This document shows positions 10,337-23,959 of a stretch of 64,000 bases of DNA, piece after piece. The stretch's first letter is position 1. The number at the start of each line of letters is the position of its first letter. The notes under the pieces were generated by a model. That model saw only the letters and a list, made by a program, of their open reading frames with translations. It searched no databases and was not told the origin of the DNA. A program made the position numbers and the translations under genes. The DNA is from Octopus sinensis (Eukaryota), in the NCBI RefSeq assembly GCF_006345805.1, contig NC_043020.1, positions 22,258,001 to 22,322,000 on the forward strand, in the 5' to 3' direction.

Positions 10337-13243
10337 TGTTGTTGTATTTCGGAATGGTCATTTTGCCAGTTTAGCCAATAAAAACACACGCACTATATAT
10401 TTGGTGTTACTTTGCTTCAGTGTTATTCATTTTTTACATTAAACTTAATCTTATTTCGGCCAGAGTTCTTTCATCACACTCCTGTGACTGCATCAGTGGT
10501 CCTTTGCTTTCTTATTTCTTATTTGTGTGTCTCTCCTTACTTAACCATCAGCCATTTTGTATTTCTATTGTATGTCTTCATTTGCGCATGTGTATATCTC
10601 TGTGTGTGTCTATGTTTATTTAGTGTGTGTGTGGGGGGGGAAATGCCTGTAATATTTGTATCTTCTGTTTATATACGTTCCTGTAATTTGTTTTTGTTTT
10701 TGTTTATTCTTATTTTGTTCATGTTTACATCTACTTATTATTGTTATTATTATTATTATTACGTATGCTTGTATGTATGTATAACAACAATACTAGTAAT
10801 AATAATAATGATAATAAAAAAAATTTTTAATTTAAAAAATTTTTTAAATTAAAAAAAAATTTTTTTTTTTTTTTTTTAAATGCATATAGTTATTTACTTC
10901 CATTTGTTTATTTATCTGTGTATTTTATTTTATTATGTTTTCAGTTTTGTTTATATTGTAACCAGTTTATGGGGACCCTCTTCTGTCATATGTTGTGATG
11001 TGTGCTAGTGTTCCATTCCAGTTTCCTATTCAGGCTAGGTTTATCTTCTACAAGCATTATGACCCGTCGTTGCCATGTCATAGTACGAATGAAGAATTTG
11101 GGTTTTATCATTCACAGTTTCTAGCCAGAGTTCTGTGTCTAGTACTGGTAGTCTATGGTTAGGGTGTTTAGTTGGGTAGTCTACTCTGGTGGATGGAGTT
11201 AGCTATTTGCTGGATGCTCTCTATAGTATTAGTTTCTATTTCTATTTCAACAGTACTCTCTTGTGGAGGTGCCTTTACCACTATATTGATATCATCAACA
11301 TAGCGAGAGCACATGTTCACAAGTATGGAGTTCTGTGTTAGGCGTTCCTTAAGCCTTCTGTCCCACCATACCATGTAAAGGTTGGCCACATCACTGGCGA
11401 TACTAACGCCGATGGCTGCCCCCTCGTCCTGGGCATATATTTTACTGTTAAATTTAAACGTGTGGCCTTTTAGGGTAACTCTTATACTAGCTCCTAGTGC
11501 ATGTGTGATCATTTTCTTTACCTGATGGACATTTGCGGGGCTCCGTATGGCTCTGATCCATCCGCTCCGTCTCTCTATATGGGTCTTCCTAGCCATAGAA
11601 GTAATTATGGGTGGTCTACCTCTTAAACGTACTGGGGCAGAAACTACTAAGATCATGTTTATCTAGGTATTCGTTGTCATATGTCAGTCTAAGTAGGAGG
11701 CCCAGTTCCTCTGTGTTGACATTGCGGAACTCCACCTTGCTCTCGTTGATCATTTCCACGCACTTCTCCACCGCAAAATCCACGTCGATCGATGGGTATA
11801 GGGATACCACATCCATGCTACCCACCATACATCCTGTCAGGTTGCAAGTGTTGTTACAGTCATTGATTCTGTTGAGGAGATCTTCCATGCTGTCACAAAC
11901 ATCAGGTGACATCCAGATTATAGGGTGTATGATCATTGAGAGGAAGTAGGAGATTCTGTAGTTGCTAGCGATGTTCGCTCCACAGACTGGTCTTGTTGGT
12001 GGTCCTGCTATAGGGTCAGTGGTTACTTTATGGTCCTTGCGAAGTCCATACAGTGCTGGGATATCGTTGTTCCAGGCTTGGAAATTGTTAGCTGTGCGTT
12101 TCTGGGGTCCCAGAACAATTGTCCACATCATCATGTGGGCATTGAGGACCTTTTCTCTCTCCTCATGCGCCTGTAAAGTTGTTACTTTCGTATTGGCGAT
12201 ATGAGGTTGCATTGCCTGGATGTAGTTCGGTAAGCTGTCTATTGACATCCTGCCGGACTTATCTGTGGGAAGGCATACCACCTCTCTGTTCCTCATTCAA
12301 CTAAACACCCTAACCATAGACTACCAGTACTAGACACAGAATTCTGGCTAGAAACTCTGAATAATAAAACCCAAATTCTTCATTCGTACTATGCTAAACC
12401 TATGGCCTCCAAATACTTGATCCACTGGAACTCAGCCATTGCGGACAATGCCAAATTCAATATTTTGATGGCAGACCTCGTCAGAATAATGTGAAATGTG
12501 TCCCGCATGTGCGAGCCTACAGAGTTAAAGAGACACATACAACATTTCGTTCACCGCATGCAGTTCTCAGGTTACAGCCATAAAGAAAGGATCAGAGTAT
12601 ACAAAGGAGCCATGAAGAAATTTGATAATATATTATGTAATGATAGGAATGGGATTTGCCCACTCTATAGGAGCAAGTCATGGAACACTATGGAAAAGAC
12701 TAAGAAGAAAATAGGGAAGGTCAACTCTTGGTATGATAGCCACAAATACCAGAGTGTCCAGTTTTAAATTAAAAAATTTTTTTATTATCATTATTATTAT
12801 TATTATTACTAGTATTGTTGTTATACATACATACATACAAGCATATGTAATAATAATGATAATAATAATAATAAGTGGATGTAAACATGAACAAAATAAG
12901 AATAAACAAAAACAAAAACAAATTACACGAACGTTTATAAACAGAAGATACAAATATTACTGGCATTTTCCCACACACAGAGATATACGCATGCACAAAT
13001 GAAGACACATACAATAGAAATACAAAATGGCTGACGGTTAGTAAGGAGAGACACACAAATAAGAAAGAAGAAAGCAAAGGACCACTGATGCGGTCACAGG
13101 AGTGTGATGAAAGAACTCTGGCCGAAATAAGATTAAGTTTAATGTAAAAAATAAATAACACTGAAGCAAAGTAACACCAAATATATAGTGTGTGTGTTTT
13201 TATTGGCTAAACTGGCAAAATGACCATTCCGAAATACAACAAT
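10337..13243. mobile_element. Composite Penelope-like element: two divergent, internally deleted copies with about 500-bp inverted ends
   Basis: Minus-strand RT 12296-11085 (LPTDKSGR, MVGSMDVVSLYPSI, QDEGAAIG, RYVDDI). Plus-strand continuation 12297-12767. Segment 10337-10840 is the reverse complement of 12764-13243. Confidence 0.88.
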
Positions 13244-13368
13244 ATCTGCTTCAACACACGATTTCACATAAAAAATCTTGCACAACAAATATATAAACGT
13301 ACCAATATATATGTTAGTAATTATACATTGTAGATTGTATATATGTATATATTGTATGTATATTGCAG

Positions 13369-13492
13369 ATTTTTTATCAGAGAAGAAACCAGAAGTTCAC
13401 ATTCACATCAATCGAATCAACATAGAGGATATTCCTCATTCAGACGACTCTTTTAAAACATGGATGTACAACCAATTTAAAGAGAAAGACAT
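13369..13492 (+). CDS. AGPAT5: AGPAT5 penultimate coding exon
   Basis: ttgcag|at acceptor and at|gtaaga donor. (N)FLSEKKPEVHIHINRINIEDIPHSDDSFKTWMYNQFKEKD. Phases fit both neighbouring exons. Confidence 0.92.
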
Positions 13493-13632
13493 GTAAGAAA
13501 CCCTAAATATTTCTTCTTCTTGCTGCTGCTGTTAAGCCCCAAATAGATGGTTGCCCTACCATCTCTTTTCTTCTTGTAAATATTTGGAATGTTGTACATA
13601 CCTTAGAATTGGTAACTATTATTACTAATATT

Positions 13633-13770
13633 AAGGCAGTGAGCTGGTAGAATCGTTAGCACACTGGGAAAAATGCTTAACAGTATTTTGTCTGTCTGTA
13701 CATTTTGAGTTCAGATTTCGCCAAAGTCGGTTTTACCTTTCATCCTTTTGGGGTCGATAAAATAAGTCCA
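13633..13770 (+). mobile_element. tRNA-derived SINE (family B), 3'-truncated
   Basis: aaggcagtgagctggtagaatcgttagc...gagttcagattt...cctttcatccttttggggtcgataaa. Confidence 0.75.
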
Positions 13771-14804
13771 TTTTTATTATTAAAGTGAGGTTGGTGAGGT
13801 TGGTATTAGCTCTTTCCACCTCAGTAAATTTGTTGAAAGGTGGGTGAATATGATGAGGGTAGCTCAGATGTGTTGGCCTTCTCTAAGACGGCACTTGCTG
13901 GATGGAAGGCACAAACGGGAGACAGGTGCTTCATTCTGATGTCTTTAGTGGTCAGTGGTGTTCCTTGGTCCCTGGGTCGTACTGTCCACTACTTTATCTA
14001 TTAGGGAATTTTCTTATCAATTTTCTTTCTAATTGTTATTGTCTACACATGTGTATGTAAACCCCCACTAGCTTTAGCTTTTGTATTGTCCAGATGTTCA
14101 TTATTGCGACCCTTGTGGCCAACTGGCTGATTGGTAGAATGGGCAGAGCAATGAATTAAATATCCTGTGGTAATCCTGAGTCACATCCCTTAGTGTTTTA
14201 AGCCTAACATTCAAACATCTGGACAATGTTGGAATTCTCGGTGTTTTGAGTTTTTTCTCCCTCTTTTCGCCTGATTCCCAAACTGGGGTACGGAAGACAA
14301 AATGCAAGGATATGTGACATTTCAAAAAAGGTCACTGGGATTTTAAAATAAACACGATGAACCTAATACAGCAACTGTATTTTGCTGTTTCAATTCCTGT
14401 ATTGTTGTGAACAAGGGATTTCTGTAGTTTTTATCGCCAGACACAAAATTCGTACAAGTCTTTCAGTTATGAATAATATGTGGATGTGTCTATCTCTGAA
14501 ACTGTGTCTAGAATTGGGTTCATGGTTAGAAAGTGGCCAGCTCATTCATCTCATTAAAATTATAACAAGAAACAAAATTAAATTAATTTCTTGCATAAAC
14601 ACATTACCAGAAATTTTGCGAGAGGGAACAGTTGAGATATTGACTCAGTATATAACTGGTACCTGATTCATTTAGATCTCAGGGGGATGAAAACAAAATT
14701 GGTCATGGTGGGATTTCGACACTTTAAATGTTATCATTCTTTTTTTCAAGACATTAATATCGGTAAGTGAAATTTTTTATTATAATTCAACCTGTTTGTT
14801 GTTG

Positions 14805-16275
14805 TTTAACACCAGGTCATCATCCTTGCTCCTGTAGGTTGATCTATGATCAAAAGTGTTCCAGCTCTGACCATCCTGTCTTTTATATAAACATAGTATT
14901 TCTTGGACATCACTGTATCCTGTGTTGCTGTTATTGTTTAACCCCAGGTCAGTCTTGATCCAGTAGACCTATGATCAAGGTTGTTCCAGCTATGACCATC
15001 CTGTCTTTTGTTCAGACATAGTGTATCTAGGAATACATTATCCAATGTGCCCTTACTTATTGGTGGTGTTGTTTAGCCCCAGGTCAATCCTGGTGCAGCA
15101 GACCTATGATCAGAGATGTTCCAGCCGTGACCATCCTGTCTTTTATTCAGACATTAGTGTATAGCCCAGAGCATCTGTATCAACCCAGTGCACACACCTA
15201 TGATCAAAAATGTTCCGGCTGTGACCATCCTGTCTTATATGCGATCATAGTGTATCTAGGACTACATTATCCAATGTGCCCTTACTTATTGGTGTTGCTG
15301 TTTAGCCCCAGGTCAGTTCTGGTGCAGCAGACCTATGATCAGAGATGTTCCAGCCGTGACCATCCTACTTTTTATTCAGACATAAATGTATCTAGAACTA
15401 CATTATCTAATGTGTCCTTCCTCATTGTTGTTTAGCCCAAAGCATCAGTATCAACCCAGTGCACACACCTATGATCAAAAACGTTCCATCTGTGACCATC
15501 CTGTCTTATATGCGATCATAGTGTATCTAGGACTACATTATCTTTTGTGACCTTGTTTAGTCATGTCTCTCTTGATCCAGCTGACCTATGATCAGATATG
15601 TTCCAGCTGTGACCACCCTGTCTTTTATTCAGGCATAGTGTATCTAGGACTACATTATCTAATGTGTCCTTTCTTGTTTAGTCATGTCTCTCTTGATCCA
15701 GCTGACCTATGATCAGATATGTTCCAGCTGTGACCACCCTGTCTTTTATTCAGGCATAGTGTATCTAGGACTACATTATCTAATGTGTCCTTTCTTGTTT
15801 AGTCATGTCTCTCTTGATCCAGCTGACCTATGATCAGATATGTTCCAGCTGTGACCACCCTGTCTTTTATTCAGGCATAGTGTATCTAGGACTACATTAT
15901 CTAATGTGTCCTTGTTTAGTCATGTCTCTCTTGATCCAGCTGACCTATGATCAGATATGTTCCAGCTGTGACCACCCTGTCTTTTATTCAGGCATAGTGT
16001 ATCTAGGATTACGTTATCTAATGTGTCCTTCCCTGTTGTTGTTGTTTAGCCCCAGGTCAGTCCTTGTCCAGCGGACTTATGACCAAACACATTCCAACTA
16101 TGACCATCCTGTCTTTTATTCAAACATAGTGCATCTCGGACAAATTACTTACTGTGTCATTCCTTGTTGCTGTTTAACACCAGGTCTGTCCTGATCCAGC
16201 AGACTTATGTTCAGAGATGTTCCAGCCGTGACCATCCTGTCTTTTATTCAGATATAATGTATCTAGGACTACATC
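14805..16275. repeat. Tandem satellite, about 12 units of roughly 121 bp, in the AGPAT5 intron
   Basis: Motif gacctatgatc recurs at about 14841, 14966, 15101, 15197, 15331, 15467, 15583, 15704, 15825, 15942, 16074 and 16202. Confidence 0.92.
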
Positions 16276-16476
16276 ATGTTAATACTGTGTTTAGTCTGCT
16301 TGCACAGTCTATCGGGGTATCTTTTGTGGTCCAAGGCAGAAAAAAGGCCTTGTGAGTGGATTTGTAGACTGAAAGAAGCCATCGTATTAGGACAATTACT
16401 CCCCTTAATTAATTACCCCCTCTCTAATATGTAAAGAAGTTTTAAATCATCATCTGTTGTCTTCAGTGGGGTTATT

Positions 16477-16890
16477 GTCATCATCATCATCGTTCGACCG
16501 TGGTCGAGACAATGAAATTTACCATGCTATGCCAGACTTCACGGTCCATCATGGCATTACGGAGGTCCTGTTGCTGGATGCCTGTATCCCTGGAGATGAC
16601 ATCAGGGTAGGAGAGTGTGCGCCCTCTGGTATTGCGAGCAGATGGCTTCCAGAGGAGAAGAGCAGAAATTGCCTCGTTTTCAGCTCTACAACAATGTCCA
16701 GCAAACTGGACTCTCCTACCTTTCACAAGAGATGACACAGGTAGTAGTTTCCCATATATTTGCATTTTGGTTGGATGACGCTTCCACGAGAGATTTTGAG
16801 CTCTCATAAGGAGGCGAGTGTAGGTTCCATCCAACCGCCTCTCAAGCTTCTTTGATAACGTCCAGGTTTCTGAGCCATATAACCCATATA
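16477..16890 (-). mobile_element. 3' fragment of a second RTE-like LINE family, (GAT)n tail
   Basis: LYGSETWTLSKKLERRLDGTYTRLLMRAQNLSW...RRVQFAGHC...MMDREVW. Confidence 0.8.
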
Positions 16891-17376
16891 GGAGTTATTG
16901 TACATGGGATGTCTGCATCTCTAAACAGAAATGAGCTAAGGGAAGTAACTCAGTGCCATGTATTAGAATAATGTAGGCAGATACTGGTATGTCAAATACC
17001 ACACGATAAATTCAGGTTTTATTAATATTATCTTTGCCTCTGGAAGTTGTATCAGAAATTGCCGAGTGGCAATTAAGACGATTTCCACTTAAGAAGGGGA
17101 GATAATCGCAAGAATTTAAAAAAAAATTGGATCTTTACCTTTTGACTGACAGATTTAAAAAATAATTTTTTGTAACTAAATACTTTCAAACTTCGGACAC
17201 TGGTAGAATGTGTCATATAAAATATCTTTTTACTCTTAGCGTTTTTGAGAAAAACTTATATTTACGAAGTTATTTCATGTTAAAGTAGTCGTATTTCAGT
17301 AATTTCAACTAATCAATGACGTGTATTCAGCTGAATAAAATTATTGCATGAATGTATGTGTGTGTGTGTGTATGTG

Positions 17377-17430
<54 letters not shown>

Positions 17431-17632
17431 ATAGATCGTTAGCTCCTACACACATTTTTTCTCTCCTTGTTTTTTTTTCTGTGCATCTTTCTGTCGAAGA
17501 GCGTAGGCTCAAAACGTAAAAGACTTGTTCTATTTCTATTCCTGAGCGCCATACTAATACAATTGTTTGTTTGCACTCCACCTGCCTTCGTCTTTTGTTT
17601 ATTTTCATAAACCTTCCCGTTATATATATATA

Positions 17633-17670
<38 letters not shown>

Positions 17671-17810
17671 CCGCTAGCTCCAGAAGTTTTTTTTTATTCT
17701 CTCTGTTTATTTTCTTGTGTTCCTTTCTGTTGAAGAGCATAGGCTCGAAAAGACTTTCTCACCTACCCAAGCACTAAACTAATACACCTGTCTTTGTCTT
17801 TTGTTTTTCT
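17431..17810 (+). mobile_element. Two PLE-type terminal repeats with decayed HHRs
   Basis: cttt-ctgtcga-a-gagcgtaggctc-aaaa-cg-ta-aaag at 17487-17522. A second copy at 17723-17753 has a deletion. Same family as 8391-8545, 39295-39480 and 54040-54250. Confidence 0.6.
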
Positions 17811-17904
17811 GTATTTATATATATATATATTCTGCATTAAATTTACAAATAGTGACAAGTGACAATTTTGTAAATAATAACACCTTTAAGCTTATAGATA
17901 TTAT

Positions 17905-18125
17905 TATTTACTCTTTACTCTTTTACTTGTTTCAGTCATTTGACTGCGGCCATGCTGGAGCACCGCCTTTAGTCGAGTAAATCGACATATTCTTTGTAAG
18001 CCCAGTACTTACTCTGTTGGTCTCTTTTGCCGAACCGCTAAGTGACGGGGACGTAAACACACCAGCATCGGTTGTCAAGTGATGTTGGGGGGGGGGACAA
18101 ACACAGACACACAAACATATACACA
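17905..18125 (-). mobile_element. SINE family A, 3' half
   Basis: Reverse complement of 52940-53128. Confidence 0.8.
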
Positions 18126-18136
18126 CATGCATACAT

Positions 18137-19371
18137 AAGCTATGGACACATAAGAGGTGCAGCAATGTCAAAGGTAGGCTAACTGGGAAGATAGTTTTTG
18201 TATGTGGCAGATGCTTGGGAGCATTAACCTCCGAAAATCTGCAGAAAACAACTTCCGTCACTTTCCAGGGGGAAAAACTAGAAGTAGTTGATAGCTTCCG
18301 TTATCTAGGTGACCAAGTCAGTAGTGGGGGTGGGTTCGCTGAAAGTGTAACTGCTAGAATAAGAATAGCCTGGGCAAAGTTTAGGGAGCTCTTACCTCTG
18401 CTGGTGACTAAAGGCCTCTCACTCAGAGTAAAAGGCAGACTGTATGATGCATGTGTACGAACAGCCATGCTACATGGCAGTGAAACATGGGCCGTGACTG
18501 CTGAGGACATGCGTAAGCTCGCAAGAAATGAAGCCAGTATGCTCCGATGGATGTGTAATGTCAGTGTACATACTCGACAGAGCGTTTGTACCTTGAGAGA
18601 AATGTTGTACCTAAGAAGCATCAGTTGTGGTGTGCAAGAGAGACGATTGCGCTGGTATGGTCATGTGGCGAGAATGGATGAAGATAGGTGTGTGAGAAAG
18701 TGCCAATCCCTAGCAGTTGAGGGAACCCGTGGAAGAGGTAGACCCAGGAAAACCTGGGACGAGGTGGTGAAGCACGCCCTTCGAACTTTAGGCCTCACTG
18801 AGGAAATGACTTGCGACCGAGACCTTTGGAAATATGCTGTACGTGAGAAGACTAGGCAGGACAAGTGAGCCCAGCCCACTTATGAATGCCTTTCCTCCCT
18901 TGGACACAAAGACCTGTTGAGGCAAGTGAAGTCGATATAGAACCTCATCCGACGACAGGCACCCATGCCAACCCTCTTTGCTTGCGAAGACATGTTGGGG
19001 CAAGCGAAAGCGAAATCGAAATCGAATTAAAACAGCCAGGATCCCTGGTCTGGTGGTACGTAAAAAGCACTATCTGACTCGTAGCCGATGCCAGCGCTGC
19101 CTCGACTGGCTTCCGTGTCGGTGGCACGTAAAATACACCAATCCGACCGTGGCCGTTGCCAGCCTCACCTGGCACCTGTGCAGGTGGCACGTAAAAAGCA
19201 ACCACTACACTCACGGAGTGGTTGGCGTTAGGAAGGGCATCCAGCTGTAGAAACATTGCCAGATAAGACTGGAGCCTGGTGCAGCCTTCTGGCTTCCCAG
19301 ATCCCCGGTCGAACCGTCCAACCCATACTAGCATGGAGAACGGACGTTAAACGATGGTGATGATGATGATG
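18137..19371 (+). mobile_element. 5'-truncated RTE LINE (same family as 2956), variant 3'UTR
   Basis: ORF 18215-18868 ending ...VREKTRQDK*. (GAT)n tail. Confidence 0.92.
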
Positions 19372-19814
19372 AAATGAAATTAATAACAAACAATTTGTGT
19401 CTATTGTTTGTTCTGTGGTAACCCATCATCTTACACTATATTCTTCGCACGGGGTACACAAACACTGTTGGACTTCATGAAAGCAAATGCTAGCAGGGCG
19501 TGATGAAGGGGTACAGCAGAAGAAAAAACCTGAAAAGGTTCGTAGTAAATAAACTTGGAGAGTAGAACCTGGTAGAAGTTATCTCCCTTGAAAATGCGTC
19601 TGGTCAGAATTACGTCCGCTTCAACTGAATTAACTCAATAATATATGTTGAGTTGTAGAGTTCCCCACCTCTTCTATTTATAGATAGAGTTTATACTCCA
19701 GAATAATCAAAGTTTCTTTATAACCCTCAAATGTCAAGTAATGTGTTGAATTTTATTTGTGTGTGTGTGTTTCGGACAGGCTCACCTTTGACATGTACAG
19801 CTATGTTCCCATCT

Positions 19815-19852
<38 letters not shown>

Positions 19853-19937
19853 CTGTTGTTTTCTGGGGAGAGTCATTCTCTTTATAATTTAACACACTCA
19901 CTGGTAAAATTTCCACTTATTTCCTTCTTTATTTTTC

Positions 19938-19973
19938 TAAAATTTTCGTTGCGTCTTGCAACTTTTTCAATAG
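19938..19973 (-). ncRNA. HHR motif with U3:A8 core
   Basis: CUA-UUGAAAA-a-GUUGCaagacGCAAC-GAAA-AU-UU-UAG. Confidence 0.6.
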
Positions 19974-20339
19974 TTGTTGACTCTGTTATTTACACTGCGT
20001 TCTTTTTGTTTGTTTGTGTGCATATGTATATATGTGTGTACATTTGTATGTATGTATTCTGCATATTCATGTGTTTGCATGTCAGTGTTTGTGTGTTCTT
20101 TCGTTTGTGTGTTTTTTCGTGTGCGTGTATGTGTGTTTGCATGTGTGTATGTGTACCTCTGTCTCCTTGTGTGTGCTTGTCTGTTCATATAACCTGTGTA
20201 CCTATCTGTATGTTGATCTGTTTACTTTCATATCTATCTGCTTTTATACATGTGCATGTACATATATATATGCATACACTCGCTCACACACACACACACA
20301 CATACATACATCTATCTACATAGCAGCCCATTAACTATT

Positions 20340-21160
20340 CTACTGTACCTGTGGATATGCTATATATATTTCCTATTTAGTATTGGGGCAGTTTCATTTA
20401 TGAGGGCATACTCCTGTATTTGTCTGAGTGTTGGGTCCTTTGGGTGCTTGGATAAGATGTGGATGTCAAGTTGACCCAGGTTGCCTCCATGTTGGTCCTT
20501 GACATGTTGGTAGAGTATGGAGGACTGTTTTTTGTCGTCATATTGTCTCAAATGTCCATTTAGTCGTTCCGCAATGCTCCTAGATGTCTCCCCTATGTAT
20601 GTCATATTCATGTCTTTAAAAGCACCTTCTGTGCATCTTATGCTGTAGACTACATTTCTAGTTTTACAGTTAATGCAAGGGCTAATCCTATATACCATGC
20701 AGTTATCATTGGCGCATATGGTATTCTCAAAGGGGTACGTCCTACATAGTTGTGATCTGATGGAGTTACCTGGCTTTTCAACAATTTTAATGTTGAGTTT
20801 GGTCTCCTTTAGAGCTTTCCTAAATCTACTGGCTAGTTCTCCATGGGCTGTGGCCTCTACAAACACCTGTCCTTGATATTTGTCAGTTTTATACCACATG
20901 TTCACCCTGTTTGCTGTGTCACAAGTTCTTTGTATCCTATTCCAGTCTTTGTTTCTATATTTAGGGCAGGTACCACTGGCATCATTACATATAATGTTAT
21001 GATACCAGTGTTTCAGCATTACAGAAGTAGCCATGTGCACAGCATGACTAAAGGGACCTCTTGACCTTGTGTTTGCCCACCCACTAACCTCTTTACAGTG
21101 ATAGAACAAGATAGGCAGAGGTATGAATGATAACATTAAGTCATGAGTGATGAGTGATAG
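20340..21160 (-). mobile_element. Penelope-like element GIY-YIG region
   Basis: NVVYSIRC...TYIGETSRSIAERLNGH...RQIQEYALINETAPILNRK. Upstream linker resembles 12600-12767. Confidence 0.87.
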
Positions 21161-21164
21161 AAGC

Positions 21165-22548
21165 ACTCTATATTCTGATGATCTTGCTCTAATTGCTGAG
21201 TCACTATCAGAACTGGAGGAGAAGTTTCAGGTGTGGAAGCAAGGATTAGAATCGAAGGGCCTTAGAGTCAGTCTAGCTAAAACCAAAGTCCTAATAAGTA
21301 GGAAGGTAGACAAATCACAAACGTCTTCAGATAGATGGCCCTGCTTGATATGTAGAAAAGGTGTAGGTAGAAACTCTATAAGATGCACCAAGTGTAAGCT
21401 ATAGACACATAAGAGGTGCAGCAATGTCAAAGGAAGGCTAACTAGGAAGATGGTTTTTGTATGTGGCAGATGCTCAGGAACAATAAACACTGAAAATGCT
21501 CTGAGACCAACTTCTGTCACTTTCCAGGGAGAAAAACTAGAAATAGTTGATAGCTTCCGTTACCTAGGTGACCAAGTCAGCAGCGGGGGCGGTTGTGCTG
21601 AAAGTGTAACTGCTAGAGTAAGAATAGCTTGGGCAAAGTTCAGAGAGCTCTTACCTCTGCTGGTGACAAAAGGCCTCTCGCTCAGAGTAAAAGGCAGACT
21701 GTATGACGCGTGTGTACGAACAGCCATGCTACATGGCAGTGAAACATGGGCCGTGACTGCTGAGGATATGCATAAGCTCGCAAGAAATGAAGCCAGTATG
21801 CTCCGATGGATGTGTAATGGTTGAAGATACTTGTGTGAAAAAGTGCCACACCCTAGTGGTTGAGGGAACCTGTGGAAGAGGCAGACCCAGGAAAACCTGG
21901 GACGAGGTGGTGAAGCACGACCTTCGAACTTTAGGTCTCACTGAGGAAATGACTAGAGACCGAGACCTCTGGAAGTATGCTGTACGTGAGAAGACCCGGC
22001 AGGACAAGTGAGACCATAACCCGTGGCCTTCTACATGGGATGTAGCCAGCCTACTTATGCATACCTTCCCTTCTTGGGACACAAAACTCTACTTGTGAAG
22101 GCCTGTTGAGGCAAGTGAGAATCAGAATCGAAATCAATCAATGGAAATTGCAGCTGAGTTACCAGTGCCGGTGGCACGTAAGAGAACCATCCGAACGTGG
22201 CCATTGCCAGCGCCGCCCCGACTGGCCCCATGCTGGTGGCACGTAAAAAGCACCATCCGTTCGTGTCCGTTGCCAGCCTCGCCTGGCCCCCGTGCCGGTG
22301 GCACGTAAAAAGCACCATCCGTTCGTGGCCGTTGCCAGCCTCGCCTGGCCCCCGTGTCGGTGGCACGTAAAAAGCACCCACTACACTCATGGAGTGGCTG
22401 GCGTTAGGAAGGGCATCCAGCCGTAGAAACATTGCCAGATCAAACTGGGCCTGGTGCAGCCTTCTGGCTTCCCAGACCCCAGTTGAACCGTCAACCCATG
22501 CTAGCATGGAAAGCGGACGCTAAACGATGATGATGATGATGATGATGA
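21165..22548 (+). mobile_element. 5'-truncated RTE LINE with an internal deletion and complete 3'UTR
   Basis: LYSDDLALIAES... One TGG>TAG stop. About 130 bp missing near 21818. (GAT)n tail. Confidence 0.92.
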
Positions 22549-22914
22549 AGTATCTACAATCAAGATAATGTGAGTAATAAGTGTGAGGAGAGGGGTAAGG
22601 TGACCCAGGGGAATAGAGTGAGGAGATAGTGGTTAGGAGATCGGGGAGAGAGAGAAGACGGAAGGGGGAGAGAGAGCCAGGATGTGGGTGAAAAGGAGGT
22701 ACAAGAGGATAATGGAAGACAGAGTGAAAGGGGAGGTAGATGGTAGTACATGAGGGGAGGATGAGGGTGGAGCATAGGTCTAATGATGGGAGAGGATGAA
22801 TAGTGAGAATGTTGGTGGTGGTGGGAGGGGGATTGGATGTAGCCGGGTCCCATGCAAATGGATGGATAAGGATGACAGGAAAGTGAATATAAACATGTAA
22901 ACATCTATAATAGA

Positions 22915-23062
22915 CTTTGGGGTGGTTGGTGTAAAGAAGGGCATCCAACCATAAAAACCCTGCCAAAACAGATACAGAAGCCTGGTGCAGTCTTCTGCCT
23001 GGGCAGCTCCTGCCAAACTGTCCAACCCATGCCAGCATGGAAAGCAGATGTTAAACGATGTT
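22915..23062 (+). mobile_element. RTE-type 3' tail fragment
   Basis: ggttggtgtaaagaagggcatccaacc...acccatgccagcatggaaagcagatgttaaacgatg. Confidence 0.7.
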
Positions 23063-23959
23063 AAACAAGGCTTTTGAGGAAAGAAACTTGTTCACAGTCC
23101 CACACCAAGGGACAAACCCTAAGCTTCATGCTTGCAAAGTAAATTCCCTGATCCTTCCATGCCCATATTCAATATTGTGATGACTGTGTCTCTTCTTTTC
23201 TGTTCTTCATGTTGTTTAATCCTGTAGCCTTCTGATTACTCAGTCAAATGTAATGTTTATTAATTCACATTGTTTTCCATTAATGAAATCTTATAGATTT
23301 GAAATTTTGATGAGGCAACTGTTTATTTTTAGAATGACATTGTAGGGTAGGTCCTGCCAGTTTGGACATAAAACGGGTCAAATATTTGAGCTTAACATGG
23401 CTATAGTAAATGTTAACCTTTAGCATTCTGATTACTGTCAAATATAATCCTTATTTATTCATATTATTTTTAATTAATCATGCTTTATCTTGTAGCTTTG
23501 AGATATCAATGATGTGATTGTTTAGTTTTTGAACAGCATTGCAGGGTAGGTGTGAGAGGCTGGATCTGGGCTAGTTTGAACACAAAAACAGGTCAAATAT
23601 TTGGGCCACATGTAGCTGGTTTAATCCTTTAGCATTTAATCTGGCCCAAATATTCTTCTTCCTGTTTTATGTTTAAACTGACCAGATCCAACTGCTCACA
23701 CTTACCCTACAATGTCATTCTAAAAATATACAAACACACTATTGAAATCTTGAAGCTACAAGATAATGCATGATTAATTCCAAACAGAATGAATAAATGA
23801 GCAATGCATTTGACGAAGAAATCTGAATGCTGAAGGGTTTAAGTGGTAAAGAGTTAAAACATAACACACACACAAACACACACATTTTATGAACAGACAA
23901 GAAAATATTAAATATTAATAACGTTTCCAATATAATCTGCTATTTTCCATTTCTTTCAG

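Noticed and set aside
13085-13135. HHR in the terminal repeat of the composite PLE (CUGAUGC...GGCC GAAA)
   Set aside because: A9 is missing, and no stem I or stem III pairing could be drawn.
14805-16275. CRISPR-like array
   Set aside because: Whole units repeat with no unique spacers, no cas genes, eukaryotic intron.
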